Positions 41,007-54,300 of a DNA stretch of 64,000 bases are shown here, piece by piece. Source of the DNA: Rhina ancylostomus (taxonomy: Eukaryota); NCBI GenBank assembly GCA_030265395.1, contig JARFYF010000068.1, forward strand, positions 11,185,337 to 11,249,336. Direction: 5' to 3'. Below the pieces are notes generated by a model, which did not search any database, had not been told where the DNA came from, and saw only the letters and a program-made list of their open reading frames with translations. Made by a program: the position numbers and the translations under genes. Each line of letters begins with the position of its first letter. Position 1 is the first letter of the stretch.

Positions 41007-42229
41007 ATGGTTTCAGATAGTTAAATGGCGTAATTATTCACAAAGTGGCATTAAATTATGTGGTAGATATGAAAAAAGAAACACGTAAAAGTAGAATTTG
41101 ATACTGTGTTTTAAAAACGCATGGAAGAGTCTTCTTCCGATGTTGTAAGAAATATTTTATTGTAGGAAATTCATTTAATTTTAAATATACTTAAGACAAC
41201 TACTGTATATCTATTTATTTGAAACTGAAGCAAACGCAACACTAGTTTCTGTTTAGTTTTACTTTGTTGGACGGAATTGTCAAGCTATTAGTGGTATCGC
41301 TGAATGTTCAAGTGAAAATGGAAAATGATAGATATACTAGTGATTTCATACAGGATGAATGGGGAAGAGCAAACAGAAGTTGAGTTTCAAGTAGTTGACC
41401 TAAATAAAAGTAAGGAATGTCGAACTCAGATGTGATTTTATTTGTTGAAGAGGAGCATTCAATAATGATGTACTTGTGTTAAGGTGAGATCAGCAGAGAG
41501 ACACAGAGAATGATTCAAGTGCTATGGTGTTGCATAGAAGTTGTGTTGAAAGCTTGGGAACCACAGCCGATCACACTCGCGCGCCTGTGTGTGTTCGCGC
41601 GCGTGTGTGTTTGAGGAAAGAGAGAGCGAGTGCGAGCGAAACTTAAGTGGCCAATTAATGCCTCTATCGTTGCAGGGCAGATTGGGTCCAATGAACGATA
41701 TTTTCCAATGGTCCCATTGCAGTGAAATACATTCACTTGATGAACAGGAAGCTCGGGGCTGGTGCCACCTGAAAGTCTTGTCTGGGATTTCATTTGTGCA
41801 CAGCCACTCGTTGGGACGTCGCATAGCTTGCTGAAAATCATGGATCATGACCTGGTGCTGGATTGACGGAAGGAGGTGACGTTTGCACGGTTTAACCAAT
41901 CGCGGCTCCTAAATAAAAAAAATAGAAGTGTAGGTAATAGAATTGTGTTGTAGATCAGCTTGGAAAGAGAAGCTTCTGAAGCGATCTGAGTGACGTACTC
42001 AAATTGAAGAAAACGTTTGGAAAAGACGAAGCACAGACATCCTTAAAGTCTGAAATAATAACAAGTCATAACGCAGTACGGGCACAGAAATGGGGAGTTC
42101 GTTTTTATCAATATTCATTGCACAAGATGTATTCGACACGGTACAAAAAAGTCATATGGCCATCAGTCACTTCGTGACTCTTTCAATTGTATGTGTACTA
42201 CTAATTTTACCTCATGGTTCCATTCAGTT

Positions 42230-42993
42230 TTCATTGTCGGAATGTACATGGAGGGCCGCAGCTCAAAAACTAACAAGTATTGTAGTTGGAAGGACCGGCA
42301 TTTTCCCAGATCCCCAGTGTAGGGTTCTGGGTCAGGTACATACGGTTCGCTGGGTGGGCTGGTCATCAAACTGTACGGTGGTGCTCCTACTGATGGCTCA
42401 GGCTGGTCAGACGGAATTCCAGGGGTAGCAGGCAAGGAGAGTAGAGAATCGGATGACCAGTTCAGTGAGCTGCCTAGCAGTCGCAGTTAGGGTATGGAAG
42501 TCTGCCACGACTCCCCGGAGCTCGTGATCGTGCAGGCCCTGGCTGCCGAGTGCTTCACACAGGGGATTCCTGTCCGCTGGGTTCATGGTAGCCAGAGTAT
42601 TTCGTCACAATGTTGAGCAAAGAGCAAACTCACAGAGAACCCAAATGCGCCAAAATGGTACAAGACTGGAGTCAGGATACTTCCTCAGACAAAATACAGG
42701 CAGAAAATGGAAGGAATCTTGCCTCGGAGATCTGAACAGGAATTCCAACACAAACGGGATATTCAAAAGAGGAACAGAGAGCACAAGACTGCTCCAGAGA
42801 AGACCTCTCTTAACAGCTAAGAGCCAAAGTATACCCGAAGGTTGACTAACACCCTGGCAACTCGTGCTAGAGAAACCCAGGTACTTATGTTAGCCCCCTG
42901 ATGGGGCTCAGGTGTGTGTCATTATGCAATCAGTCCAGCATGTATAAAAAAGCAAAGGAGGCAAATCAAGTGCCAGGAATCAGAACCATGACA
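42230..42993 (-). mobile_element. Truncated Sushi-like (Ty3/Gypsy) LTR retrotransposon: 5' LTR 42993-42603 plus gag fragment
   Basis: LTR TGTCATGG...TTGTGACG, then AAATACTCTGGCTACC ATG at 42586: MNPADRNPLCEALGSQG..; after a frameshift, EPYVPDPEPYTGDLGKCRSFQLQYLLVFELRPSMY, a Sushi/PEG10/RTL1-type gag motif. Confidence 0.85.
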
Positions 42994-45039
42994 CGTTGCC
43001 ATGATATTACAAGGAAAAATTGTCAAAGCGCATCATCATTTTGTGTAACGTGGCTACGATTCTGGAATAAATGCTATCCATTCATATTTATGGCATGCAC
43101 ACACATTGAAAAAATGTTTCACTATGTTTTATCAACAGTCATCCGTTTAAAATATCACTAATCATGCACATCGGTTGGCTCGACATTCAAAACGTATCTT
43201 GTGCAACTTTGCAGATGGACGGAATAAGTAAATGGTTCAAACACTACCACAGAACATGTTCCTTACATCCATCAACACGATCCGCACAGGTTTAACCCTT
43301 CCTTTTCGCCACCTTATATTCATTCAATTCCCGCTCACAAGTTTCAGTGGAACCTGCCCGATCATATTTGCAAGCTATGGATTCAAGATTCCAAACGCAT
43401 TCTACGTTAAAGAGTCTTTTCCCACGTTTCCTTTCTTTTGTACCCATAAACATTAGTCCTCGCGTATTTCACGAAATGAAAAGTCTTCCTCCTATCCTTT
43501 CGCCGAGACAGCTCAGTATTTAACTTACTTCCATCAAACTTGGCTCAGCCTTCACTTCTTTTCCTCAAGTAATTTCAACATATCTCCTCTGAATTAAGAC
43601 TCTGCCTACAATGATAAAATCCGTCCTTGTTTTCACTACAATAACCCTTCTCAACCTGTCCTGCCACTCACAATTATTTCTGCAACCGTACCTCAGGTCT
43701 ATTAACTTTTAGACAAATCTTTTTTTCCATATTGTTTCTTCTCAGTGTTCCTATAAAACTCATCACCACACACTTTTCTCCATCATACTACACTTATTCT
43801 GCATCGCCCATCCCACCGGCCAATCTGTATCATTTCGAAATTTGTCAGCATCCTGTTTACAATTTGCAGTGAGGTCGGGATTTGTTCCGGGGCGATTATT
43901 GAAATTGTGTTTTGCACTCCCATGTCGAACTCATTTTTCCAGATCAAATAAATAATAGCCCGAAAAGTAATCCCTCCGTAATCGTGTTCACGGTCCTTCC
44001 GTTTGAAAAAAAATGCACTCACGACAACTCATCAGGAAAGCCCCTCCATTTCAAGAAAAAAAAGCANNNNNNNNNNTGTCTACCTGAAAAGGAAATGATT
44101 TAAGAAACTGAATTGTGTAACTACATCTAATGTAGCACTTGGGCAATTGTTGCTGAATAAATTAATTGTACGAGGCATTTCGGTCTCCTTCACACAGTTG
44201 CAAGAGAAACTCCGTCACGAAATCATTTTTTTGAAGCATGAGATAGAACATCTGAAAAATGCCACAAATGTGACAAAATAATTCGACAACAAGTTGACCT
44301 TTTCTACACTGAAACGGCAGCTACAGCAGAAAACTTGTCGACAGAAAGATACCGTGGATATGATCATTGTAATGCAGCAGCATTTATAAGTTTTCACTGG
44401 CACCTCTGAATAGCTGTCAAATCGAAAGCTGATCTTCGATAGCATCCCATTTAGAACAAAGGGGACGTTTCGGTAGAAGCTCGGGAAGTATTTTTTATCT
44501 GCATACAACTCTTCCTTTCAGATGCTACTGACGGCGATTATCCTGCAATTCCGGAGTAGGACTCATCAGGCCGGCGACACCGGTTTGTAGTGAGGGTACC
44601 TCACCGTCAAGTAGAAAGTTTCAAACCACCCACTTGGCTGAATTTACCAATGGCTCTGAAGTCATTCCAATAAAATCATACCAAAACTGTTTTCTTCTAT
44701 TTTTTTATTAAAATTAGACAGTGAGAGAGAAAGACAGTCATTAGCTATCAGTATTTTTCCAAAAAAAGAATCGTCTTTATTCGGAATACAACTTGAAAGT
44801 TCCGTCGGCTGAATGTGGCCTTGAAATGCAATGCAATGAAATGAAAAGTGGCCTCAGCAACCTGTTGAAAATATCAAAATTAAAAAATAAACAGATTCTG
44901 GAAAACTTGAAATAAAGGTAGAACATGGTGAACATACTTAGCCTTACCAAACTGCTGTTTCCTTTGTGAATGGAAAGCTTGTGTTCGGGGACATTAAATT
45001 GTTATTCTGCATGGTGATCTAATGTTTTGCTTTACCTCC

Positions 45040-47304
45040 GTGATTAGTATTCCTATAGTTTTAAGATTGCTATGAGAGTGGATAAGACTTGTGTATAAGG
45101 TCCTAAACTGTGGGACTGCGAACGACAATCGTATAAGCAGACACTGAGAAAAGTAGTTTGGGAGCAGCCGTTTGTAGGTAAATCAACTTTTGACATTTGG
45201 AAGTATTTTAAAGCCAAGTTTATTAGAGTTCCACGCCATCAGATTCCCCTGAGAATGAAAGATAAGTATGACAATAGTAGGGAACCTTGAATGATCATAA
45301 ATGGTGCATTATGCAAATTTTCTGATGAAATCAACGGGCAAGAAGCATCTGTGGAGGCAGAAGAATGGACAACGTTTCCGATAAAGATTAACTATCAGGA
45401 ATGACAACGTAGAGAGGAAATTAGCCAGCAATTGGAAGTGAGAGGGACGGATACGGCACTGTTACACTGGCGATGGGCAGTTGGAGCCAGATGTGCGAGG
45501 GGAGAGTGCAGGCTGGTAGAGACAGAGGCTCAATGGTGATAACTGGATACAAGCGGCTGCAGTTGCTGAAATCTAAGCGGGAAAGAAGAGGAAGAAATTC
45601 GGAGGGATAAACGTCGCCATGAATACTTCGACAAGTAAGAATGAGGCGAATCTGAAGAGATTTTATAGCTAAATTGGGAAAGCAAGACAACAGATAAAGG
45701 TATTGTAGGTTCACTCAAGGACAAATCAATAACTTTGTAGGTGGAGCAAAAGGAATTGGGAGAGGTCCAAAATGAGTACTTCGCAAGTGTGTTCACCAAA
45801 CAGAAAGACGTGGGGGATGATCTGGTGAGAGAGGAATATGTCGTTAATCTCGGACATGTCGATACTGAGAAGGAAGAGGCGTTGGGTTTACGGAAACGCA
45901 TGAATGTTCATTGAGCTCTGTGGCCTGATGGAATCTGTCCTTGTCCATTGAGCAAGTCAAAGGAGGAGATTGCTGACGTCTTGACAGTGATCTTGGTATC
46001 AAATTTAGCCAAGGTTAACGGACAGGAAGGTCAGAGAATAACCAATCTGGGCTTCTGTTTAAGGAGAACAACATACATAATCCAGGAAATTATAGGCCAG
46101 TGAACCCAATATCATTGGTAGGGAAATTTTTGGTCAAGGTTCTAAGGGACATGATGCATTCACATTTGGAGAAGTATGGTCTTATAAGGAAAGGGCTAGC
46201 ATTTATTTATACTCGGTGTGCGCGGGAGGTCCTTTCTCATAAATCTAATGGAAGTCTTTGAGGAAGTGACGAATATTATAGCGTGGTTAAAACAACACAT
46301 CTTGTCAACATAGATTTCAGTAAATAACTTGACAAGGTCCCTTCTGGAAAGCTGGCGCAAAAATGAAATCACACAGGTTGCATCTTGAGATGGCACCTTT
46401 GATCCAATATTAACTTGATCATAGAAGACAGAGGGTCTTGGCACAATGGTATTTTATTCTGACTGAGGATCTGTCAGCAGAGGTGTTCCTCAGGATCAAT
46501 GTCTTAACGCTGTTTTATATGCGTATGTAAATATATAAATTCATACATTTGAGAATTTATTTATTTATTGTGTGTGTGTGTGTGTCTGTCTGTCTGTCTG
46601 TTTGTATGTCTGTGTGTCTGTCTGTGTGTCTTTCTGTGTGTATGTGTTTGGTTTAAAATGTAGATGGTCTGATTAGTAAGTTTGCAGATATCCTGAATAT
46701 TGGCGGAGTTGTGGACAGCGAATAAAATTGTCAAAAGAGACAGCGTGTTTTATATCAGTTGGACATTTGGACGGAAACATTGCAGATGGAATTTAATTCC
46801 CACCACCTGTGAATATTTTCATATTGAAGATCAAATGCAAGAGAAATGTATGCAGTAAATGGCAGAACCCTAGGGAATATTAACATATGGAGGGCTCTTT
46901 GGATGCAAGTCGACAGATCACAGAAATTGTCACCTCAAGTAGTTAAGGTGGTAAAGAAGACTTATGATGTGCATATCATCTTCTTTTCAGGGCTGATAGA
47001 ATAAAAGTTGGTAAAACTTGTGAAGGTATAAACATTTTAGTGAAACCACTTTTGGAGTACTGTATGCAGTTCTGGTCGCTAGGTTATAAGGATGCGGAGA
47101 TTTTGGTGAGGGTGTAGATGAGATTCACTGAGGCCTTGCGTGGTTTGGAAAAGGTTAGGTTTGGAGGATTGTTTTCTCGAAAGTATTGGAGTATGAGGGG
47201 CAACTGAAAGAAGTATTTAAAATGAAGAGAATGACATATTGGCAGATAGTCTTTTCCTCCTTCCAAGTGGGAAATGTCATAGACAACAGAGCATATTTTT
47301 AGGT
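45040..47304 (+). mobile_element. Degenerate CR1 LINE ORF2 (RT region), interrupted
   Basis: CCAGGAAATTATAGGCCAGTGA (PGNYRPV), GATTTCAG...GACAAGGTCCC (DFSKAFDKV), GGTGTTCCTCAGGATCA (GVPQGS), AGTAAGTTTGCAGAT (SKFAD), GAGTACTGTATGCAGTTCTGG (EYCxQFW). Confidence 0.8.
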
Positions 47305-47404
47305 NNNNNNNNNNNNNNNNNNNNNNNNNNNNNNNNNNNNNNNNNNNNNNNNNNNNNNNNNNNNNNNNNNNNNNNNNNNNNNNNNNNNNNNNNNNNNNNN
47401 NNNN

Positions 47405-47458
47405 CACACACACACAATCTTAAAGGATCCTTCACTTATAGTAACCTAGTCCGTAACA
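47405..47458 (-). mobile_element. End of a second copy of the 20487-21318 LTR family (rest in gap)
   Basis: CACACAATCTTAAAGG..CTTCAC..ATAGTAACCTAGTCCGTAACA matches 21260-21318. Confidence 0.7.
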
Positions 47459-47661
47459 CACCCATCTGGTTTTTCCTCTTTCGACTGGCCCAGAAGTAGT
47501 GAGACGATGCTGCAGAGACCACTGGTAAGCGTGCGCACAACCACGTGGTTTGGGAATGTCTTAGTCAGAGTCCATGGAGTGCGTGGACCAATGCTTTTTT
47601 GGGTCAAGGTAGTCAGGCACTAAAGTGCTCATGCTTTCAGACCTTCAGAAGCTGTACCTTG

Positions 47662-47662
<1 letters not shown>

Positions 47663-47707
<45 letters not shown>
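47663..47707. repeat. (TG)n microsatellite
   Basis: About 22 TG units read directly. Confidence 0.95.
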
Positions 47708-47708
<1 letters not shown>

Positions 47709-47889
47709 ATCCTCATTGAGATTCTCCCTCACGTTTGCGGTCTCCTGCGTGTGTGTTTGTTTGTGCATCTGTTCCTCTTCATTCCGTCCACGCGTTTTCC
47801 TTTGTGATTGAACTACTTCTAAAATCTAAAGCCTGTAGCCATAGTCCTCCATCTTTTAAATTCGAATATAACCCTTTGCCGCAACAGAC

Positions 47890-49146
47890 TGTCTTGCATT
47901 CACTGCTCTCTTGAGGTCTATCCACAGATTTTCGATGATGTTTAGGTTGGGGGACTGTAAGTACCATGGCAGAACCTTCAGCTTGTGCCTTTTGAGGTAG
48001 TTCATTGTGGATTTTGATGTGTTTTTAGGATCCTTATCCTGTTGCAGAAGCCATCCTCTTTTCATCTTCAGCTTTTATTTACAGACGGTATGTTGTTTGC
48101 TTCCAGAATTTTCTGGTATTTAATTGAATTCATTCTTCACTCTGCCAGTGAAAGGTACCCCGTGCCACTGGCTGCAACACAAGCCTAAAGCACGATCGAT
48201 CCACCCCCTTGCTTAAAAAATGGGGATGTGTTCCTTTCATGAAATTCTGCACCCTTTATTCTCCAAACATGCCTTAGCTCATTGCGGCCAAAAATTCTAT
48301 TTTTAATTAATCAGTCCACAGGACTTGTTTCCAAAATCCATCAGCAATTTTTAGATGTTCCTTTGCAAACTTCTGACGCTGAATTCTGTGGTGAGCACAC
48401 AGGAAAGTTTATTTTTCTGCTGACTCTTCCATTAAGGTCATACTTGTGCAGGTGTTGCTGCACAGCAGAACAGAGCTCCACCACTCCAGATTCAGCTAAA
48501 TCTTCCCGAAGTTCTTCTGCAGTCAACCGGGGGTTTTGATGTGCCTTTCTAGCAATCCTACAAGTAATTCCCTTGGAAAATCTTCTTGGTCTTCCAGACC
48601 TCAACTTGACCTCCACCGTTCTTGTTAACTGCCGTTTCGTTATGACATGATGAACTGAGGAAATGGCTACCTGAAAAGGCTTTGCTATCTACTTAAAACC
48701 TTCTCCTGCTTTGTGGACACCATTTATTTTAATTTCCAGAGGGCTAATCAGCTACTTAGAGGAGCCTATGGCGGATGATTGTTGGGACAACGTTTGAGCA
48801 GTCAGAGTATTTATAAAGCTTTGATATTTGCATCACCTGGCCTTTCCTAACGATGACTGTGAACAAGCTGAGCCCGATCATGATAATAAAGGTCTGAGAC
48901 CTTGGTGAAAGTTATCTGAGAGCTCAAATCTCTTGGGGTGCCTAAATGTTTGCATGATGCTCCTTTCCTTATTAAATCTAAAGTTATACAGAACAAAAAT
49001 AATACACTAATCTTGCTTGGAATGTTGAAACTAATGTTTCAACTTTAATTGTATGACTTTTGGAGATCAGTTCATCTTCTGCGCACTGAACTATTCACAG
49101 TAACAGAAAATGTGACAAGTCGTGCCAAAACCTTTGCATGCCACTG
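47890..49146 (-). mobile_element. Tc1/mariner transposon, 3'-truncated, decayed transposase
   Basis: RSGRPR..ARKAHQNPRLTAEEL..LHKYDLNGRVSRK (HTH) and QQDKDPKNTSKST..WYLQSPNLNIIENLW (DDE); terminus CAGTGGCATGCAAAGGTTTTGGCAC next to TA at 49147-49148; inner repeat at ~48936-48956 (IR/DR-like). Confidence 0.9.
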
Positions 49147-49286
49147 TATATTTTGTTGTAATTATTACATTCACGATGAATTTCATGAAATTATGATGGA
49201 TCAGTGAATGACATATACAGTACATGCAACTTTTAAAAGAAGGAAAATTTAACCATTACGAAGTATTTTTATATTTAGTTTTGCAG

Positions 49287-50190
49287 CTAATGTGGTGACA
49301 GTATCTACTCTGTTCTCCGGAAAGTACAGTCTCTCTAAGTTTATTACCCTATATTTAATATGGATGGAAACTGCTGATCAAATGCACGTGATAGTTGGCG
49401 GAATGTGTGAACAAATTAAAGAAGCGTGTTTTTTTCACATACATTTTTTCAGTTGCACCCTATTTGCAGTCCTAATCTGGCCCTGATTTACGTTGCAATT
49501 GATTGCACTTTCTGGCTAACTGTAGTTTTTTTCTTTGATACATTTATTGCTGTTGGTTGCCAGTCATTTCAAACAAAGTACTGTACAGCTAAAACTGCAT
49601 TAAGGATTATATCAATGGTCCGCTTGTTATGAACTTTAGAAAATACGCCAGTCTACATATTTTAATCTCTAGAAACAATTGTCAGGATCCCATAGCTCTG
49701 TAATATAAAATCAAGCTTCTCCATCTTCCCTATTTTGCCTGTTTTCTTATGGATCGAGGCTATCTGAACGCATTGATACGTTTTGTGTTAATCCTGGTAT
49801 TTAATGCTTTGACGATAAGGTATATTATCCTGACGAACAAAGTCAGAAGCAAACTTAGAGGAAAAAAAAAGTGAGAAGAACCAGCTGGACCCAGAAAATG
49901 AGAATAGAAGGAAATCGATTATTTGACTACTCGCAATATCTGGCAGTTTCATTCTGTTGATGCATGGTAAATGTTTTGCTTCATTTCTCTGCATTTTACA
50001 AACAATTAACTGACGAAACCTGATTGCAATGACGCTTTCACCATTGCAGAAGAAACTGGCTTACAGTTGAGATGTTTATGTACTTTCACAAACACCTTCA
50101 TAGACGCTGCCTCCCAAAGCCACCTCAGAAACGAAGTGGAGAAAATAATTAAACGCACACTTGGTCTTTTTGCTCATTTGATCAAATCTG
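49287..50190 (+). pseudogene. GPR139-like pseudogene exon 2, copy 8 (exon 1 not found)
   Basis: TTTTGCAG|CT AAT GTG GTG ACA..SGKYSLSKFITLYLIWMETADQM..PICSPNLALIYVAIDCTFWLTVVFFFDTFIAV..ENRRKSII*LLAISGSF; many stops and frameshifts; C-terminal part closest to copy 4. Confidence 0.88.
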
Positions 50191-50459
50191 TGACGGGCCG
50201 TCAGAGAACTCAGTGATTTATGTGCAGTCAATGTGAATATACGTTGTCTATCGGATTTACACGCAAACAAAATCCCAAAACGTAACGCAGCATGGGATAC
50301 AGTGTTATAAAACATGCTTGTCGTCTGTTATCTTTCACCTGTATCGCAAAGAATGTCCGAGAAATCCATAACAAACGTCCAACGATTCGTTTGATTTGAA
50401 ATAAAATATCTGAGGCAAAATATTTCCTGTTTTCTCAAGAGCAACCGGAAGCAAGGTGG

Positions 50460-51295
50460 AGGCTAGAAAGCGAATAAGGATGTTTGCGGACACAACGACA
50501 CAGAGATCAGCAGCAAAGCTGGGGAGATCGGTTGCATATGGAATATAATGCAGGCAAGTGTCAGGCAATTCATTTCTGGACGTCATATTCTGATTGGGCA
50601 CAAAGAGTAAATGGCAAAGAATTTAGAAGAGTTGATGTACAGTAATGCTTAGCTACAAGTCAAAGCTTCCTGAAAGGAGACACTGAGAGACAGGGCAGGG
50701 AAAAAAGCCTTCCGTATGCGTCCCTGCATAGGCAGATGCATTGAATATAAGTGTTGGGAATTTTTGTTACAACTACCTTTAAAATTCGTGGGACCACACT
50801 TAGAATATCGTTTTGGTCACTGTACATTGGAAATATTTGGTTAAAATATAGATGAAGCAGAAGAGATTATCCAGGATTTTACCTGGAATGGGCATCTGAA
50901 TTTCCAAAGAGAGATTGAATAGGCTGGGTTCATTCTCATTGGAATGTAAGAGGATGAGGGGTTGCCTGATACATGTTTATAAAATTATATGAGTGTGGGG
51001 CATAGATGGGATTTGCAGTCAGAAATTGTCAGATCGTTGGGAAGCCTGGAGCTGGAGGGCACAAGAATAACGCAAGAGGGAAACTGAAGGATAATCTTTT
51101 TTACACAGACTGTGATGAATACCTGGAAATTTCTGCGAGAATGGAGAGTGGAGGCAGATAATATCACACTGTTTAGAAGACGTTTCGTCTGGTACTTGGA
51201 TAGGAAAGGTTTAGGTAGATAAAGTGATAATGAGGATAACTCGGACAGGCATCACGGTCATATGGATGAGGTGGGCCGAAATGTCCAGTTTCTGT
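50460..51295 (+). mobile_element. CR1 LINE 3' fragment
   Basis: GACCACACTTAGAATAT, AGGCTGGGTTCATTCTCATTGGAATGTAAGAGGATGAGGGG..CTGATA (LGLFSLE.RR.RGDLI-like) and tail GGGCCGAAA..; degenerate. Confidence 0.7.
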
Positions 51296-51346
51296 TGAAT
51301 TCAACATGTTTGGATTTGAGAAGTCATTCTCTCATTTTTCACCATC

Positions 51347-51382
51347 AATCCTGAGGAAGTGTCCTGACCCGAAACGTTGACC
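51347..51382 (+). ncRNA. Minimal hammerhead-ribozyme motif in a Penelope/MER6-like repeat end (~51340-51480)
   Basis: AATC CTGAGGA AGTGTCCTGACCC GAAAC GTT GACC: CUGANGA core, stem II, GAAAC, GUH site; stem I partly mismatched; followed by ATGCTGCCTGGCAGGCTGAGTTCCTCCAGCA. Confidence 0.5.
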
Positions 51383-54300
51383 GCTTTTCTCCACGTATGC
51401 TGCCTGGCAGGCTGAGTTCCTCCAGCATCATCGTGTTATTTATCTAGATTACAGCATCTGCATTCCTTTGTTTCTCAAGTGATCCTCTTACTTGACATTA
51501 ACATGGACAACGCCTCGTGCAATGTATGTGCAGAAGGAAACAGAAGAAGAGTTTCACGTTAATATCCATATCAGACTTTATTTTTAAGAGACGTAAGGCT
51601 GTGTTGATTAAACAGAAACGAAGGTTAATATTAAGGTGGAGACAAATCTATATTGAATGACGTGAATGGTTGTGTACGGGATCAAGAGCTGAAGCACATC
51701 TAATCTTTCAGGGAAATTAGGCAGGTAGAGTTGAATTATGAAAATGGAGGTACAATAACGTAAAGAATGCTGAACGTTTGATATATATATAACAATAAGA
51801 ATTATCAAAAAGACAATGGTTGAAATACCGATAATGCCAGGCAGCAGTCTGTGGGTACAAGATACATAAGGAACGATAGAAGAATTACCCAATCATCAGG
51901 TCTCAATTTTTAAACAAATACCTATTCTTGTATCTGAAACAGAACGACAGGCAGTATCTTCTCTGAGTACCACAAAGGATTTACTTTCGGTGTTTCCATT
52001 ACCGAGAAGAAGACCACATTTCTGGTACCGAATTAATTACCCTGAAGTTGAAGGATCGTAGGATATCGTAGCTTCGGCCTGAAATATTTCCCGGGTCTCT
52101 AGTATTCAGAACGTTCGAAACAACAGATCAGATGGTGCACTTGATGTTGTTTAATGCAAACATTCCTTGCGCAGCAGAATTACTTGGGGGATGAAAAGGG
52201 TGAACTGGGGAGTTACAATGTGAGTGGTTCACTGAAACTGCTGGAAGATGAGGGGAGGGAAATATTCTAGTAGTGGTATACATTGAATGTGAGAGAAGTC
52301 ACAGAATAGAATATGTTGAATATGGAGGCTGGTGGGTTGATATGGTGGATATTGAGGATCAATTGAACCCCGCTAGTTGTTAATGTCGAAGTAGAACAGG
52401 CCAGAGAACAAATGCGGAACATTAGGAAGTCATGTGGCTCTGGTCGAGGGTAAAACACTGTTGGGGAGAAATATTGCCATCTCCTAAACACCATTGTGGA
52501 AAGCGTCATCAAGATATCAATATGATGGAGAGGAAGAAAATTGAGACATATGGTAAGTTAGCTATGGAATTCTATGCACAATAAACCTAAAAGTGGGATG
52601 GATATGGAGAACTCAAAGAAGTGAATGGAAAATCAGATGGGTAATTTTAAAGTGAGTGCAGCGTCGGAATTGGAAGTGAAGATGTTGACATCGCTGCGTT
52701 CTCTTTAAGAACAGAAAGCGGCGCCAATACATTTATCACTCTCTTGAAATAAAATACACGAGCAAGGACACCAGAGATGTTGAGAAACAAGGACAATTAC
52801 ACACATATTACAAAGGGACACGGAGATCATTGTCCCACTATGGTTCTAATAATGCAACATTTTTTTTCAGTCAGTGGAAATGAGTACAGGGATTTTTCAA
52901 AGTAGGAAGAAGCTCAACAAAGCTGCAGAGTGTAGCGGTGAAGGGAACTTGTTGTGCTACGTGTAACGAAGAATCAAAAGTTAATCAGTGATAGGCAATA
53001 GTGGGTGTAGATGAACTGGACCATTAGGCTGAAAATAATCCACATGGATACATGGATTTACCTGAGAGCAGAGGTGATGTCACAGCTGTAAATTAGAAAA
53101 TTCTGTGCGAGGGGACGAAACAAATGAATGTAAGAAAATGTAAGGTATTCTGGACAATTAGATGCAGAAATAATTGCTCCACTAGAACATTGCTGCTTCT
53201 GCTTACTTCTCTGTATCTGAATATTTTGGGATCACACATATATCTGCAGATTCTGATGTGCAAGTGACAGTTTGTAGGATGAAAGACAGTAACATTCATC
53301 GTGTCGTCCTGCTAATACATGGAATGAATCTTCAAACCAAATGGTTTCAAATATTCCAAAACAGATGCTTTAAATAAATATGTTAATAAATGTTCCAGCT
53401 TCCTTACGCATGTTCAATTTACGGAGAATAGAACTTAAATCTGTTTAACGAAATGTTACATAATAACCCCGATCAGTGGCAGTCACAAATACATGATCGA
53501 ATCAGGGTGTTCAAGGGAATGAATAATTAATTTCGCCATGCTGTGCATGTTCCTCCCCTGAGGTTTCTCTGAGATAAACATAAGACCAAAATTTGAAAGC
53601 AGGACATCTTCTCCTCTGTTCAACGACTAAGAAACGAAGTTTCTCTCCGACAATGGGACTGCCTGTAATCCTGCAGATAGAACGGATTTACTACCCAATT
53701 CTTGTAGCCATCGGTGTTCCTGGTAGGAATTTATATAATAACATTACAAACCTATATTGATAAGTCTAACTTACTGACATAGATAAATAACAACACACGT
53801 ATCTGGAAACGTTTTAATTCTCCTTCATATTCCTCATGCAAACACTCTGCTGAAACACTCCTTTAGGATAATGTTATCGACTCCCTCAGGTGGTTATGCA
53901 TTGAAATAAATATTGAGGTCACCTATCTTTTAATAGATTTGCAGACTTCTCAAAGTCAACAAAGAATATTTTCCACTCTTTATTGTATACGAAAATCGGA
54001 CAGAAATGAGCTGCTTTCGCTTTTAATGGAATTATCTGCCTGACTGTAGGCTTAATGCATTTTTATTCCATTCTTGCTGTGGAGATTATCAGCTGCAGGT
54101 CGTGAAAAACATACTGATACCATGGACACTAGGACTCTGAGCCCAACAACAGTGCTCTGATCCCGGCATCACCGTTCAGTCGGCTGCTGGATGAAAGTCT
54201 GTAAATCATGTTGCCGCTGATAATTGCATAATTGGATATTTTACCCCACACCCCGTTTTTTTGTCAATAGCACTTGCAACGGGAAAGGAGCGTCATCTCG

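Larger units (their letters stand above)
36760..41470 (+). repeat. Segmental duplication unit, paralogous to ~51490-57020
   Basis: Collinear matches, e.g. GTGCAGAAGGAAACAGAAGAAG (~36832/~51527), AGAAACGAAGTTTCTCTCCGA (39241/53630), GCTGCTGGATGAAAGTCTG (~39704/~54183), and 3' UTR GTGGTAGATATGAAAA. Confidence 0.85.

Noticed and set aside
44515-44580. Candidate exon 1 for copy 8 (ATGCTACTGACGGCGATTATCCTGCAA..)
   Set aside because: Lacks the YYPIL..IGVP-G|GT signature and the -78 box.
47545-47811. CVCVCV/HTHTHT ORFs (also 57533-57810)
   Set aside because: Translations of (TG)n/(CA)n microsatellites.
8950-53300. Apparent minus-strand bias of Penelope remnants
   Set aside because: Small numbers, partly inflated by segmental duplication; not testable here.
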